NCBI GenBank assembly: GCA_026397255.1
Contig: JAPLVF010000013.1
Span: forward strand, 150,062 to 214,061
Direction of reading: 5' to 3'
DNA: 64,000 nucleotides
From: Candidatus Beckwithbacteria bacterium
Lineage (GTDB): Bacteria; Patescibacteriota; Microgenomatia; UBA1400; CG1-02-47-37
This document shows positions 37,297 to 46,806 of this stretch, in pieces. Numbering within the stretch: position 1 is the stretch's first letter; every line of letters starts with the position of its first letter. A program made the translations under genes and the position numbers. The notes under the pieces are model-generated. The model ran no database searches. It saw only the letters and a program-made list of their open reading frames with translations, and was not told the origin of the DNA.

Positions 37297-38802
37297 CTAG
37301 TTGGCAATTGCCTCTGCTCTGCTTTCCCGAATCACGTTGACTTTAATTTGACCGGGGAAATTCTTGACTTCGTCTTTAATTTTATCTCTTATGTCGCTCG
37401 CTAACTTAACACTTTGATCGTCGGTAAGCACTTCCGGTTTAACAATGACCCGGACTTCCCGACCGGCTTGAATCGCATAGGCGGATTCAACCCCTTCGAA
37501 CGATTTAGCAATATCTTCCAACTGCGTCATCCGTTTTAAGTAACCCTCATGGTCAGCATAACGGGCGCCGGGACGAGAACCGGAAATGGCGTCGGAAATA
37601 TATACCAGCATTGATTCAACCGAGGAAAACGGCTTATCTTCATGGTGTTCGGCGACACAGTCGAGCACCGCTTGGGGAATATGATGGGTTTTTAAAAATT
37701 TAACTGCCAGCTCAACGTGAGTGCCTTCCTCTTCGTCGATGACTTTGCCGATATCGTGCAGTAAACAACCTAGACGAACAATATTGGGATCAGCTCCGGT
37801 TTCGTAGGCCAATTTCAGGCCAATCTGGGTTTCCTCTAAAGTGTGAGTAATCATGTTTTGACCGTAAGAAAAGCGGTACTTAAACCGACCGAGCATATCA
37901 ATAATTTCGATGGGTAAGTTAAAAACCTTAACCGCGTGGCAAAGTTTTTCACCCTCAGTCCGCATAATCCGCTCAATATCTTTTTGGGTGTGAGCGACAA
38001 TTTCTTCAATGCGCGCCGGCTGAACCCGACCATCGGCAATCAATTTTTCCAAAGCGACCCGGGCAATTTCCCGCCTAACCGGATCAAAACAGGATAAACG
38101 GATCACACCAACCTCATCTAAATCAACTTCGACGCCGCTGACTTTTTCAAAAGTGCGGATGTTGCGACCTTCGCGGCCAATCACCCTGCCTTTAATGTCT
38201 TCATCGGTAACTTTGACTAAAGAAACGGTGTATTCGGCCACATAATCGGTGGCCGCATGACGCATAGACTCAATCAGAATTTCCCGGGCTTTGTCTTCGG
38301 CTTCAGCTTTGGCCTGACTCTCAGACTCACGAATAATATCGGCGATTTCCCGGGTCATCCGGCGCTGATATAACTTCAAAATTAAATCGTGGGCTTCGGT
38401 TTGATTTAATTTAGCCACTCTTTCTAATTTTTCCAGCTGCTGTTTTTTGACTTCCTCGATTTTTTTCAACTGTTCCTGAAGATGTCTTTCATGGCCGGTA
38501 ACACTTTTTTCCCGTTGTTCGACAGCGCCAAGACGATGATCAACTTCCGCCAACTGGTGGACGGATTTTTCTCTTGAAGCCTGGGCTTCATTAATAATTT
38601 TTTGGGCAGAGGCATCGGCTTGTTTTTTAATTTCAAAAGCTTGATCTTTAGCTTCAATAATGAGCTCTCTGGCTTTAGCCTCTGCAGCCGATAGGTCGAC
38701 CGGAGGAACAATTTTTTTTCGTCCAAAGGACGACCGGCCTGTGGCCGGGGTTAGGATGGCTTTACCTTTAATAATTTGAGAAAAACGTTTAAAAAACGAC
38801 AT
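37297..38802 (-). CDS. rny: Ribonuclease Y
   Basis: Coiled-coil N-terminal region, KH domain (VIGREGRNIRTFEKVSGVEV) and HD domain (LLHDIGKV). Confidence 0.9.
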   Translation of the reverse strand: MSFFKRFSQIIKGKAILTPATGRSSFGRKKIVPPVDLSAAEAKARELIIEAKDQAFEIKKQADASAQKIINEAQASREKSVHQLAEVDHRLGAVEQREKSVTGHERHLQEQLKKIEEVKKQQLEKLERVAKLNQTEAHDLILKLYQRRMTREIADIIRESESQAKAEAEDKAREILIESMRHAATDYVAEYTVSLVKVTDEDIKGRVIGREGRNIRTFEKVSGVEVDLDEVGVIRLSCFDPVRREIARVALEKLIADGRVQPARIEEIVAHTQKDIERIMRTEGEKLCHAVKVFNLPIEIIDMLGRFKYRFSYGQNMITHTLEETQIGLKLAYETGADPNIVRLGCLLHDIGKVIDEEEGTHVELAVKFLKTHHIPQAVLDCVAEHHEDKPFSSVESMLVYISDAISGSRPGARYADHEGYLKRMTQLEDIAKSFEGVESAYAIQAGREVRVIVKPEVLTDDQSVKLASDIRDKIKDEVKNFPGQIKVNVIRESRAEAIAN

Positions 38803-38929
38803 AAACCTCTTTTTCTGAAGACAAATGGAAGATTACTCCGCTGCCGGAGCGGAAGAAGATTGACTGATTTGTTTTATTTTTAGTAACATTTATATCTTCT
38901 AATTACCATTTATCAACTATCTAGGTATT

Positions 38930-39379
38930 TTACTCGTCGGCGGCCAAGGCGTCAATAACTCGGTAAGAAAAACCACGACTCAACCGTTTATTTGAAGGGA
39001 GTGATTTGGCCAACTGCAACTCGTCTTCATAAGATAATAAAACATCATCGATAATATCCTGACTAACGCCCTTTTGGGATAATTCTTGTTTTAAAGCAAT
39101 GTTGCCGCGAGGCCGAAACTTAATTCTTTGATCCACCCACCACTTAGCAAACTGGAAATCATCTAACCGTCCCTCATTAATAAAATGGTCAACTACTTGA
39201 TTGATGGTAATCTGATCGGCGCCGCTTCTTTTAAGTTTAGTGGTAAATTCGGCGATACTTTGAGGACGGTAAGATAAGAGATTTAAGCCCCGATTAATCA
39301 GTTTTTGGCGGACGGCCGCGGCGGTGTTTTTCATTAGAATCAACTCCTTCTTTAACGCGTTTCCAAATTTCCGTCTCAA
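38930..39379 (-). CDS. recX: Regulatory protein RecX
   Basis: Three-helix repeat protein immediately downstream of recA. The start may be Met16 (MKNTAAAV), which reduces the overlap with recA. Confidence 0.65.
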   Translation of the reverse strand: MRRKFGNALKKELILMKNTAAAVRQKLINRGLNLLSYRPQSIAEFTTKLKRSGADQITINQVVDHFINEGRLDDFQFAKWWVDQRIKFRPRGNIALKQELSQKGVSQDIIDDVLLSYEDELQLAKSLPSNKRLSRGFSYRVIDALAADE

Positions 39380-40334
39380 TAATTTTGGTTAATTTGGTAT
39401 TTTCGGTTAGGAACAAACGGACAGATTCCTTGCCCTGACCTAGAACTTCGTTGCCATATTTATAAAAACTGCCGGATTTAACAATGATGCCGTAGTCGAC
39501 GGCTAAATCGATCAGGCCGCCTATTTTAGAAATCCCACCGACATTTAAGATATCCAGTTCTGCCTGGCGAAACGGCGGGGCAACTTTATTTTTAACGACT
39601 TTAATCCGGTGGCGGGAACCAATAATCGTTTCGCCGTCCTGAATATTGGCAATCTTGCGGCAATCCAAACGGATGGAAGAATAAAATTTTAAGGCTTTAC
39701 CGCCGGACGTCGTTTCCGGATTGCCGAACATGACGCCGATTTTCATCCGGATCTGGTTGGTAAAAATAATCACGGCTTTGGATTTGGCAATGGCGCTGGT
39801 CAACTTACGCATAGCCTGACTCATCAACCGCGCCTGCATCCCCATAGTGGAATCACCCATCTCCCATTCAATTTCGGCTTTAGGCACAAGGGCAGCAACT
39901 GAATCAATACAGATAACATCAATGGCGCCGGAGCGAATTAAGGTCTCGGCAATTTCCAGGGCTTGCTCGCCCGTATCCGGCTGGGAAATCAATAAGTCGT
40001 CCAATTTGACACCAATAGACTGGGCGCGTTGAGGATCAAGAGCATGTTCGGCATCAATAAAGGCAGCCGTGCCGCCGGCTTTCTGGGCTTCGGCAATAAC
40101 ATGAAGACAAATGGTGGTTTTACCGGAAGCCTCCGGACCGAAAATTTCACTGATCCGACCGCGGGGCAAACCGCCAACACCCAAAGCAATATCTAAGGCG
40201 ATGGAACCGGTAGAAATGGAGGCGACCTCCTGATGTTTTTTATCGCCCAATTTCATAATCGCGCCGGCGCCGTACTGCTTTTCAATCTGCTCCATTGCCA
40301 CTTTAATTGCCTGAAGTTTGGGATCGGTAGTCAT
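39294..40334 (-). CDS. recA: Recombinase RecA
   Basis: GPEASGKTT Walker A plus the L1/L2 regions. The start is placed at [22 protein letters not shown]; the ORF track begins 5 codons earlier. Confidence 0.95.
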   Translation of the reverse strand: MTTDPKLQAIKVAMEQIEKQYGAGAIMKLGDKKHQEVASISTGSIALDIALGVGGLPRGRISEIFGPEASGKTTICLHVIAEAQKAGGTAAFIDAEHALDPQRAQSIGVKLDDLLISQPDTGEQALEIAETLIRSGAIDVICIDSVAALVPKAEIEWEMGDSTMGMQARLMSQAMRKLTSAIAKSKAVIIFTNQIRMKIGVMFGNPETTSGGKALKFYSSIRLDCRKIANIQDGETIIGSRHRIKVVKNKVAPPFRQAELDILNVGGISKIGGLIDLAVDYGIIVKSGSFYKYGNEVLGQGKESVRLFLTENTKLTKIIETEIWKRVKEGVDSNEKHRRGRPPKTD

Positions 40335-40362
40335 AAAACCATTAAACAAAGATTTACCGAAA

Positions 40363-40391
40363 CTGTCAAGCCGAATTTTATGTGATAAAAT
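40363..40391 (+). promoter_or_regulatory. Candidate promoter for tRNA-Pro (-35 ctgtca, 17-bp spacer, extended -10 tgaTAAAAT)
   Basis: The spacing places the transcription start at about 40398-40401, which is the tRNA 5' end. Confidence 0.4.
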
Positions 40392-40400
40392 TCAGGAGAA

Positions 40401-40474
40401 CGGGGATTAGTTTAACGGTAGAATGCGCGCATGGGGTGCGCGTGGCGACAGTTCAATTCTGTCATCCCCGACCA
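40401..40474 (+). tRNA. tRNA-Pro (anticodon GGG), 3' CCA encoded
   Basis: Manual fold: acceptor CGGGGAU/AUCCCCG; D-arm GUUU-AACGGUA-GAAU; anticodon arm CGCGC-AUGGGGU-GCGCG (U33, GGG, G37); variable UGGC; T-arm GACAG-UUCAAUU-CUGUC; discriminator A; then CCA. Confidence 0.7.
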
Positions 40475-42124
40475 ATGAAAAAAATATTAATCAGTTTATT
40501 GATTTGGTTATTATTTCCGGTAAGTTCAGTTTTAGCCGCAGATTATACAGTTGATAACTTTAAAAGCCTGATTGAAATTAACCAGGACACTTCCTTAACC
40601 GTCACGGAAACAATTGAGGCGAATTTTAATGTGGCTAAACACGGAATTTTTCGGATTATTCCGGTGATTTATTCCGCTAACGGCCGGACGATTAACGGTG
40701 AATTTAAGTTGCTGTCGATAAATGCTCCCTACTCAAGCAGCCGATTCAACCAAAGTATCAAACTGCAAATCGGTGATCCTAATAAAACGATTATCGGCAA
40801 ACAAACCTACGTGATTAAATACCAGCTTAATAATATTCTCCAAAGATACCCTGAGCATGACGAACTCTATTGGAACGTGACCGGGCATGAATGGGATACA
40901 ACTATTGCCACGGCCTCAGCCGAAGTAATTTCGCCGTTTGCACCGATTATTAAAAGACAGGATTATAACGAAGGCGAACTGACGATTGCCGTGGCTTTGG
41001 ATAAAAACAGCCAATTGATTTGGCCGACGAAAACTCAAATGGCAGCAAAAACTACAATCAATAACTGGGGCTATCCGGTCGCCCTGCTGCCGGTCTTAGT
41101 GATGTTTGGGTTTTGGCTGAAAAAAGGCCGGGATAAACGCTACACAACCGATAATTTGTATGTAAAGGGTCAAAAAACTAAGACTGTGGCAATATTTGAA
41201 CACAAATTTTTACCCAGTGTTTACTCGCCGATTGACAACCTGACGCCGAGTGAAGCCGGGACAATTTTAGATCAGAAAGTGGATACCAAAGATGTGGTGG
41301 CAGAAATAATTGAACTGGGGCGGTTGGGATTTTTGACGATTAAAAGAACGGAAGTGAAAAAATTCCTGTATAAAAACACTGATTATGTTTTGACCAAACA
41401 AAATAAAGACACGAAAAATTTAAGAAATTACCAAAAATATTTATTGGAAAAGATTTTTGGTAACAAGCAAACAGTCAAATTATCAGAAATGAAAAATAGT
41501 TTTTACCAGTATTTGGAAGAATTCAGGAAAAAAGTGAACCAGTATTTGGCCGACGAAAAAATCTTTGACGGCAACCCCAAACAGGTAAAAACTAAGTGGA
41601 CCGGTATTGGTTTTCTGATGATGGCCGGCGGGCTGGTAGGGGTAATAAATTTTGCCAGTTTAACGGCTAATTCCGGACCAATTGGCATACTGGCTTTAAC
41701 TCTTATCCCTTTAATCATGCTCGTGAAAAATATGCCGGCCAGAACCGCCTGGGGATACTCACTGTTACGACAAATTGAAGGCTTAAAGTGGTATTTAGGT
41801 AAAGGGAAATGGCGGGAAGAAATTGCCGAGAAAAACTTGTTTTTAGGCGATATGCTGCCTTTAGCAATTGCTTTGGGAGTAGTCAATCAGCTGGCTAAGG
41901 ATATGGCCGGCTTGGGAATTCCGCCGCCTAGTTATTTGCAGGGTTTTAGCGTGGTGAATTTTAATTCCCAGTTAAATCATTTAACTAATAACAGCACTGC
42001 GGCAATTATCAGCTCGCCGAGCGGCTCAAAATGGAGCGGTTCGTCTTCCTGGTCAGGCGGTTCCGGTTTTTCCGGCGGTTCATCAGGCGGTGGTTTCGGC
42101 GGCGGCGGCGGGGGTAGTTGGTAA
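40475..42124 (+). CDS. DUF2207-family membrane protein with a C-terminal Gly/Ser-rich tail
   Basis: Signal peptide MKKILISLLIWLLFPVSSVLA, a DUF2207-like N-domain (YTVDNFKSLIEINQDTSLTVTETIEANF...HGIFRIIP), TM helices and a GGSSGGGFGGGGGGSW tail. The ATG follows the tRNA CCA directly. Confidence 0.6.
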   Translation: MKKILISLLIWLLFPVSSVLAADYTVDNFKSLIEINQDTSLTVTETIEANFNVAKHGIFRIIPVIYSANGRTINGEFKLLSINAPYSSSRFNQSIKLQIGDPNKTIIGKQTYVIKYQLNNILQRYPEHDELYWNVTGHEWDTTIATASAEVISPFAPIIKRQDYNEGELTIAVALDKNSQLIWPTKTQMAAKTTINNWGYPVALLPVLVMFGFWLKKGRDKRYTTDNLYVKGQKTKTVAIFEHKFLPSVYSPIDNLTPSEAGTILDQKVDTKDVVAEIIELGRLGFLTIKRTEVKKFLYKNTDYVLTKQNKDTKNLRNYQKYLLEKIFGNKQTVKLSEMKNSFYQYLEEFRKKVNQYLADEKIFDGNPKQVKTKWTGIGFLMMAGGLVGVINFASLTANSGPIGILALTLIPLIMLVKNMPARTAWGYSLLRQIEGLKWYLGKGKWREEIAEKNLFLGDMLPLAIALGVVNQLAKDMAGLGIPPPSYLQGFSVVNFNSQLNHLTNNSTAAIISSPSGSKWSGSSSWSGGSGFSGGSSGGGFGGGGGGSW

Positions 42125-42137
42125 GGCGTAATCTTGT

Positions 42138-42836
42138 TTAGGCTTTAATTGTCCAGTCGCCACCGGTTTCGGGTTTCTCAAAAACTCTAAGGGTGGCTGT
42201 CTGCCATTGGTCGTTGTCCTGAACAACCATGGCTAAAGTCAAAGTATTGATTTTTCTCCTTTGATCGTAGCCGTAGACCACATCAAGATATTGATTTAGG
42301 GTTGACTTTAATTTGCCGTCTCTTAACTGAGAAAAATTGTATTCAATTACGCTGGTTTTACCAAACAAGACAACGTCTCCAGGTTGACAAACATTGGGAT
42401 TATATTCTGAAAGTTCAGGTAAATCATTAAACTGTTTTTCTTCAAAAAGATTGGCCAGAGTCATTATCGCATTCTTGCCAAGACCGCTTTCTCCGCGAAA
42501 GAGGACGGCATCAGTTTTATCTGCCTTAATCCAGTTAAGAGCATAAGCGTTTGTACTTATAGTTGTTTCAGCGTTGTCCACCGCGGCAAATATCCCCGGA
42601 GAAGTGCCTATTTTAGTCTGACAAATACATTTTGCATCAGCGCCGTTGACAACAATCAGGTTGTCCGGATCATCCGGGGTTTCGGGTGTTGGTGTGGGTT
42701 TTAGCGGCGGGGCTTCCGTAGATGGCGGTTTTAGACCACAGGCTGTTAAAAGTCGGCTTACGACTACTGCCCCGACTATTGCCCCACCTGCTTTTAAGGC
42801 ATCTCGGCGAGATAGTGGTTTTGGTTCTTGAACCAT
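42138..42836 (-). CDS. Hypothetical Tat-signal lipoprotein
   Basis: Twin-arginine motif SRRDALKAGGAIVGAVV, lipobox LTAC and a Pro/Thr-rich linker. No recognised catalytic domain. Confidence 0.4.
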   Translation of the reverse strand: MVQEPKPLSRRDALKAGGAIVGAVVVSRLLTACGLKPPSTEAPPLKPTPTPETPDDPDNLIVVNGADAKCICQTKIGTSPGIFAAVDNAETTISTNAYALNWIKADKTDAVLFRGESGLGKNAIMTLANLFEEKQFNDLPELSEYNPNVCQPGDVVLFGKTSVIEYNFSQLRDGKLKSTLNQYLDVVYGYDQRRKINTLTLAMVVQDNDQWQTATLRVFEKPETGGDWTIKA

Positions 42837-42884
42837 AACTAGATTAATATGACTTATAACTTAGATTGATGTCAAGAACAAACA

Positions 42885-43553
42885 TCAATGACAAGTGGCG
42901 GCTTTAACAAAGCCGGCGACCTGGGCGTCTTTCTCGGTGCAGAACCAGTCTTCACCGATATCTTTTTCCACAATCGTAAAAGCGTACTGGGCACAGTTGG
43001 GCAGGTAATATTTTCTGGCAGTGGAGTTTTTGTCAATATTCCCCTTAATATTACATTTTGGGTTATCCGGATTTTCTTTTTGGTAGCATTTGGGGCTGTA
43101 AATTCCGAGACGATCGGTTTTGGCTTGATTGGCGACGGCTTGAATTGGTTCGGTTTGAGAAGTCTGATCGCTGTGGTATCTGGCCCAGCCGGATTCCAGC
43201 ATTTTTAAATTGACTAAAGTATCGCCAATATAAACCAGGGCCATCGGCCGGCCATACTGGTCCATGATTTTTTCTTCCACCCGGATCTTTTTTTGGTCAA
43301 CCAATTTCGTCAGCAGGTCTTTGGCTTCCTCGCCGCCACAAAATTCCAGTTCCGGCGCGTCAATATGCCTTAAGCGCAAGCGGACTTTGCCGTCCATAAC
43401 CAAGGTGTCGCCATCAATGACACCGATAACTTTAATGTCACCGCCCGGAGATTTATTTAATAAAAAGTAATTTAATAAGAGTGAGGGAAGAATCAAAATC
43501 AGACTAAGTAACTTTAGTAACCTAGGCAGCTTACGAGAAATGAGGGTACTCAT
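42885..43553 (-). CDS. Membrane-anchored thermonuclease (staphylococcal-nuclease-like)
   Basis: N-terminal TM helix and an SNase core IKVIGVIDGDTLVMDGKVRLRLRHIDAPE. The C-terminal Cys-rich extension is of unknown type. Confidence 0.7.
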   Translation of the reverse strand: MSTLISRKLPRLLKLLSLILILPSLLLNYFLLNKSPGGDIKVIGVIDGDTLVMDGKVRLRLRHIDAPELEFCGGEEAKDLLTKLVDQKKIRVEEKIMDQYGRPMALVYIGDTLVNLKMLESGWARYHSDQTSQTEPIQAVANQAKTDRLGIYSPKCYQKENPDNPKCNIKGNIDKNSTARKYYLPNCAQYAFTIVEKDIGEDWFCTEKDAQVAGFVKAATCH

Positions 43554-44230
43554 TTTAGCTCAAAGGTGACGGTGACGGTTTTGGAAACGGTTTCCGTGCC
43601 GGGTTCGATTGGAGCAGGGACACCACCGACCTCGGCTTTGGCAGACATAAAAACCGGCCGAGGGGCAGAGGTGCCACCTTCACTGACAGTTAAAATTTTA
43701 CCCAGTCGACGACGAGAAGCTTTGGCGACAACCGTGGCTTTTTCCCGGGCATTATCAATGGCAGTTTGCAATAAAGCGGCTTGAAATTGGGTAGTGTCGT
43801 CCAAAGAAAAACTGGGGCCGGAAACATTGGTAGCGCCAAGGCCTTGCAACAAATCGGTTAAGGCAGAGGCCTGATTAATATCCCTTAGAGTAAGGTTAAC
43901 AGAATTGGAGGCCTGCCAGACTAAAATTTTTTCTTTGGTAGTTTGATAAACCGAAACCCGCTGAGTTTGGATGTCTTTGGGGTCAATGCCAAAATCTTTA
44001 ATACTTTGGATAATTTTAGTCATGCTTTGATTAACTAAATCAACGGCCGTTTGTTTAGTTTGATTAGTAAAAACAACACTGGCGCTAAACTTGGCAATTT
44101 GAGGGGCTTCGTTTTGTTTGGCCTCGCCGGTGACGGTAATCGAAGCCGGTTGTTCAATAGAAAACGGAATAAATTTAATGACTAAGCCTAAACCCAGGAA
44201 AAAAGACAGAATCAGTAAAAATTTTTTCAT
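43550..44230 (-). CDS. SIMPL (DUF541) domain exported protein
   Basis: The start is placed at MKKFLLILSFFLGLGLV. ITVTGEAK...IAKFSASV and the C-terminal VTVTFEL match the SIMPL/BP26 pattern. Confidence 0.55.
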   Translation of the reverse strand: MKKFLLILSFFLGLGLVIKFIPFSIEQPASITVTGEAKQNEAPQIAKFSASVVFTNQTKQTAVDLVNQSMTKIIQSIKDFGIDPKDIQTQRVSVYQTTKEKILVWQASNSVNLTLRDINQASALTDLLQGLGATNVSGPSFSLDDTTQFQAALLQTAIDNAREKATVVAKASRRRLGKILTVSEGGTSAPRPVFMSAKAEVGGVPAPIEPGTETVSKTVTVTFELK

Positions 44231-44234
44231 ATAA

Positions 44235-44975
44235 TTAATTATAACAAAAAAAACTACCGATGTAAGAATATTCAGGGAGTTGCACTTCAGGAGTAATAAA
44301 GGCTGAGGCAGAACCACCGTCTAAATTAAGAGCTACGCCTAAGTTCTGGTTAATGGCCTGACCTAAGGCGACCACCAGCTTGGGCGTGTCCGCTAATAAC
44401 GGTCCGCTAAAAAGGGAGTCGACCCCGGTTATAACCAGAAAAATCAGCTGATTTTGATCATTTAAAGCGGCAATGACCCGACGGCGGGGATGATCTTGGC
44501 TAATTTTTAAAAGCAAAGGCTGGGAATCAAAAATCAGCAACGGGCCGGATTGTAAGCCAAGATCGACTGAACCCTGCGGAACTGATGGGCTAATTTCCAC
44601 CTTAGAGGTAGAAAGTGATAAAAAGCCGTTGAATAAACTGCTGGCAATCGGCTGGGATAAAGTTTTACCCTGGCTGACCAGCCAGCCTAAGGGTTTATCC
44701 TGTTTGTCATAAAAATTGCCATTAACCAGAACTTGGCAGTGATTAGTTTTAGCTAAATCTTCTGAGGAGGCCTGGGCAGCATGGTTGGGTAAGAGTCTTA
44801 AGTTGGTTAAGTTGTCCAACTTAACCCAGGCATAACGATAGGCACCAAACTGAGCTAAGGCCGGGGTAGGTGAAGGCAAGGGCCCCACTTCGCTCCGACT
44901 TGGTGTCGGAGCTACGCTAGAGGTACAAGCGCTTAAAAAGATAAGCAAAAATAAAACTAAAATAATTTTTTTCAT
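44235..44975 (-). CDS. Phosphodiester glycosidase-family lipoprotein (DUF2233)
   Basis: Lipobox LSAC, and NGNFYD...GVALNLDGGSASAF as the DUF2233 core. Confidence 0.55.
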   Translation of the reverse strand: MKKIILVLFLLIFLSACTSSVAPTPSRSEVGPLPSPTPALAQFGAYRYAWVKLDNLTNLRLLPNHAAQASSEDLAKTNHCQVLVNGNFYDKQDKPLGWLVSQGKTLSQPIASSLFNGFLSLSTSKVEISPSVPQGSVDLGLQSGPLLIFDSQPLLLKISQDHPRRRVIAALNDQNQLIFLVITGVDSLFSGPLLADTPKLVVALGQAINQNLGVALNLDGGSASAFITPEVQLPEYSYIGSFFCYN

Positions 44976-45919
44976 AAAGAATCCATTAATTGGGTTCGCA
45001 TTTTTAAGGCGCCTTTAAAGCCTTTGAGGTAAATCTTCAGAAAACGTTTCAGGGGATGAATCGGTTTAATTTCACCCCAGGTTTGCCGGTAAATTTCTAA
45101 ATGGCGTTGCCAGGCGGCGATTTTGTCTGTCTTAGTTTTGGGAGTTTGCACAGCATTAAAAATCCAGGGGTTTTTAAAAACTCCCCGGCCGATCATAATG
45201 CCGTCCACTCCGGTTTCCCTGATTCTTTGATAAGCAGTTTCCCGGGAAAAAATATCGCCGTTGCCGATAATTAAAGTTTTGGGGTTAAATTGGTTTTTTA
45301 AAGCCACAATTTTTTTAATTTCTTTCCAGTGAGCCGGGCCTGTTGACATTTTTTTGGTGGTACGGCAGTGGACGGAAACCGCCGCTAAGTCAAAATTGAG
45401 TAAAAATTTAAACCAAGGCTGGATATTGATGGTTTTATAGCCCAGGCGGGTTTTAACTGAAACCGGCAAACGACCCTTGGCGCCTTTAATCGTACTTTGA
45501 ATAATTTTTCCGGCTAAATCCGGATTGTCAATCAGGGCACCGCCGACGCCTTTTTTAACCACACTTGGTTCCGGACAGCCAAAGTTAATATCTATTCCGG
45601 CAAAACCAGCGCGAACGATAAAATCAGCGGCGGCGGCAAACAATTCCGGATCTAATCCCCATATTTGAGCAATCAATGGTTGTTCTTGAGAAGTGTAAGA
45701 TAAAAGTTGAGTGACGGTTTTGATGTCCGGCGAAAAAATGGCCTGGACATTGATAAATTCGGTGAACATTAAGTCCGGCCGGCCCAGTTCACAAAGCAAC
45801 TGGCGAAAAGCGGAGTCAGTCGCGCCAAACATCGGCGCCAGACAGAAAATTGGTTTAGGTAAAGTTTCCCAAATATTAACCATTGGCTGATGATATAATT
45901 TTTTTATGGATAAAGACAA
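44972..45919 (-). CDS. dus: tRNA-dihydrouridine synthase
   Basis: FCLAPMFGATDSAFRQL and a TIM-barrel flavin-binding pattern, with the catalytic Cys in the FGCP loop. Confidence 0.85.
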   Translation of the reverse strand: MSLSIKKLYHQPMVNIWETLPKPIFCLAPMFGATDSAFRQLLCELGRPDLMFTEFINVQAIFSPDIKTVTQLLSYTSQEQPLIAQIWGLDPELFAAAADFIVRAGFAGIDINFGCPEPSVVKKGVGGALIDNPDLAGKIIQSTIKGAKGRLPVSVKTRLGYKTINIQPWFKFLLNFDLAAVSVHCRTTKKMSTGPAHWKEIKKIVALKNQFNPKTLIIGNGDIFSRETAYQRIRETGVDGIMIGRGVFKNPWIFNAVQTPKTKTDKIAAWQRHLEIYRQTWGEIKPIHPLKRFLKIYLKGFKGALKMRTQLMDSL

Positions 45920-46769
45920 ATTCAGTGCGGTCTGGGTATCGCATTCGTCAATTTCCGATTGGCTGGCTTGCCCGCGGGCATATTATTTAAAAAATGTTTA
46001 CAAAGATCCGAAAACCGGGAGAAAAACGACCTTAATTAATCCGGCAATGGCCTTAGGACAGGCGGTCCACGAAGTGGTTGAAGGTTTGTCGGTATTATCA
46101 GTCGAGCGGAGATTTAGCCAATCTTTACTGGAAAAGCTGGAGGTCGTCTGGAAAAAAATCAGCGGGAAACGGGGCGGATTTTTAAACGAGAAAATTGAGG
46201 GTGAGTATAAACAACGGGGCCGAGAAATGCTCAAACGCGTAGAAACCAATCCCGGGGTGCTAAAAAATCTGGCAGTAAAAATTAAAATGGAACTACCCTA
46301 CTACTGGCTGTCGGAAAAAGACAATATTATTTTGTGCGGCAAAATCGACTGGCTGGAATACCTGAAAGAAACCGACAGTGTTCACATTATTGATTTTAAA
46401 ACCGGTAAAGATAATGAAAAAGCGGATTCACTGCAACTGCCAATTTATTATCTGCTGGCAACCAACACGCAAAAACGGCCGGTAACAAAAATGAGTTATT
46501 GGTACATTGATAGGGAAAACGAACCGGTAGAAAGAAAACTGCCGGACATTGATAAGGCCCGAGAGAAAATCCTGAAAATTGCCAAAGAGATGAAATTGGC
46601 CAGGCAACTGAACCGGTTTAAGTGCCCGACCAATGGTTGCCGGGAATGCAAGCCGATGGAGGCAATTATTAACGGTGAAGGTGAATTTGTGGGGAAAGAC
46701 GAAATCGGCCGAAGTGTGTATATTTTAACCAAATGTGAGAATCAAATCGGCAAAAGCGAGATTTTGTAA
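45906..46769 (+). CDS. PD-(D/E)XK nuclease with 4-Cys cluster (Cas4/RecB-like)
   Basis: SHSSISDWLACPRAYYL (N-terminal Cys), IDFKTGK (D...K) and C-terminal CPTNGCRECKP. This four-cysteine arrangement is typical of Cas4-like Fe-S nucleases. Confidence 0.6.
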   Translation: MDKDKFSAVWVSHSSISDWLACPRAYYLKNVYKDPKTGRKTTLINPAMALGQAVHEVVEGLSVLSVERRFSQSLLEKLEVVWKKISGKRGGFLNEKIEGEYKQRGREMLKRVETNPGVLKNLAVKIKMELPYYWLSEKDNIILCGKIDWLEYLKETDSVHIIDFKTGKDNEKADSLQLPIYYLLATNTQKRPVTKMSYWYIDRENEPVERKLPDIDKAREKILKIAKEMKLARQLNRFKCPTNGCRECKPMEAIINGEGEFVGKDEIGRSVYILTKCENQIGKSEIL

Positions 46770-46775
46770 AAATAC

Positions 46776-46802
46776 CTCTATCACATTCCGGGAATGTGAT
46801 TG
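46776..46802. repeat. REP-like palindrome subtype I (copy 5)
   Basis: ctctatcacattccgggaatgtgattg. It shares 26 identical bp with the copy at 7076-7102. Confidence 0.8.
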
Positions 46803-46806
46803 TATG

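Noticed and set aside
37275-37316. Possible hairpin (agaggca...tgcctct) after rny
   Set aside because: The stem overlaps the rny C-terminal codons and has a 24-nt loop, so it is a weak terminator candidate.
38803-38929. Imperfect hairpin ctccgctgccggagcggaag in the rny 5' region
   Set aside because: The stem has mismatches and no adjacent U-tract, so it is not convincing as a regulatory element.
41503-41886. 127-aa minus ORF inside the DUF2207 gene
   Set aside because: It is embedded antisense and lacks signals.
42646-42831. Plus-strand ORF rich in G/S/V
   Set aside because: It is antisense to the Pro/Thr-rich linker of the Tat-lipoprotein gene and is a low-complexity artefact.
7076-46802. 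The dispersed palindromic repeats considered as a CRISPR array
   Set aside because: Copies are kilobases apart with no regular spacing and no spacer/repeat periodicity. They are individually palindromic and gene-end associated, with a Y1 transposase flanked by them, so the REP/RAYT interpretation fits and CRISPR does not.
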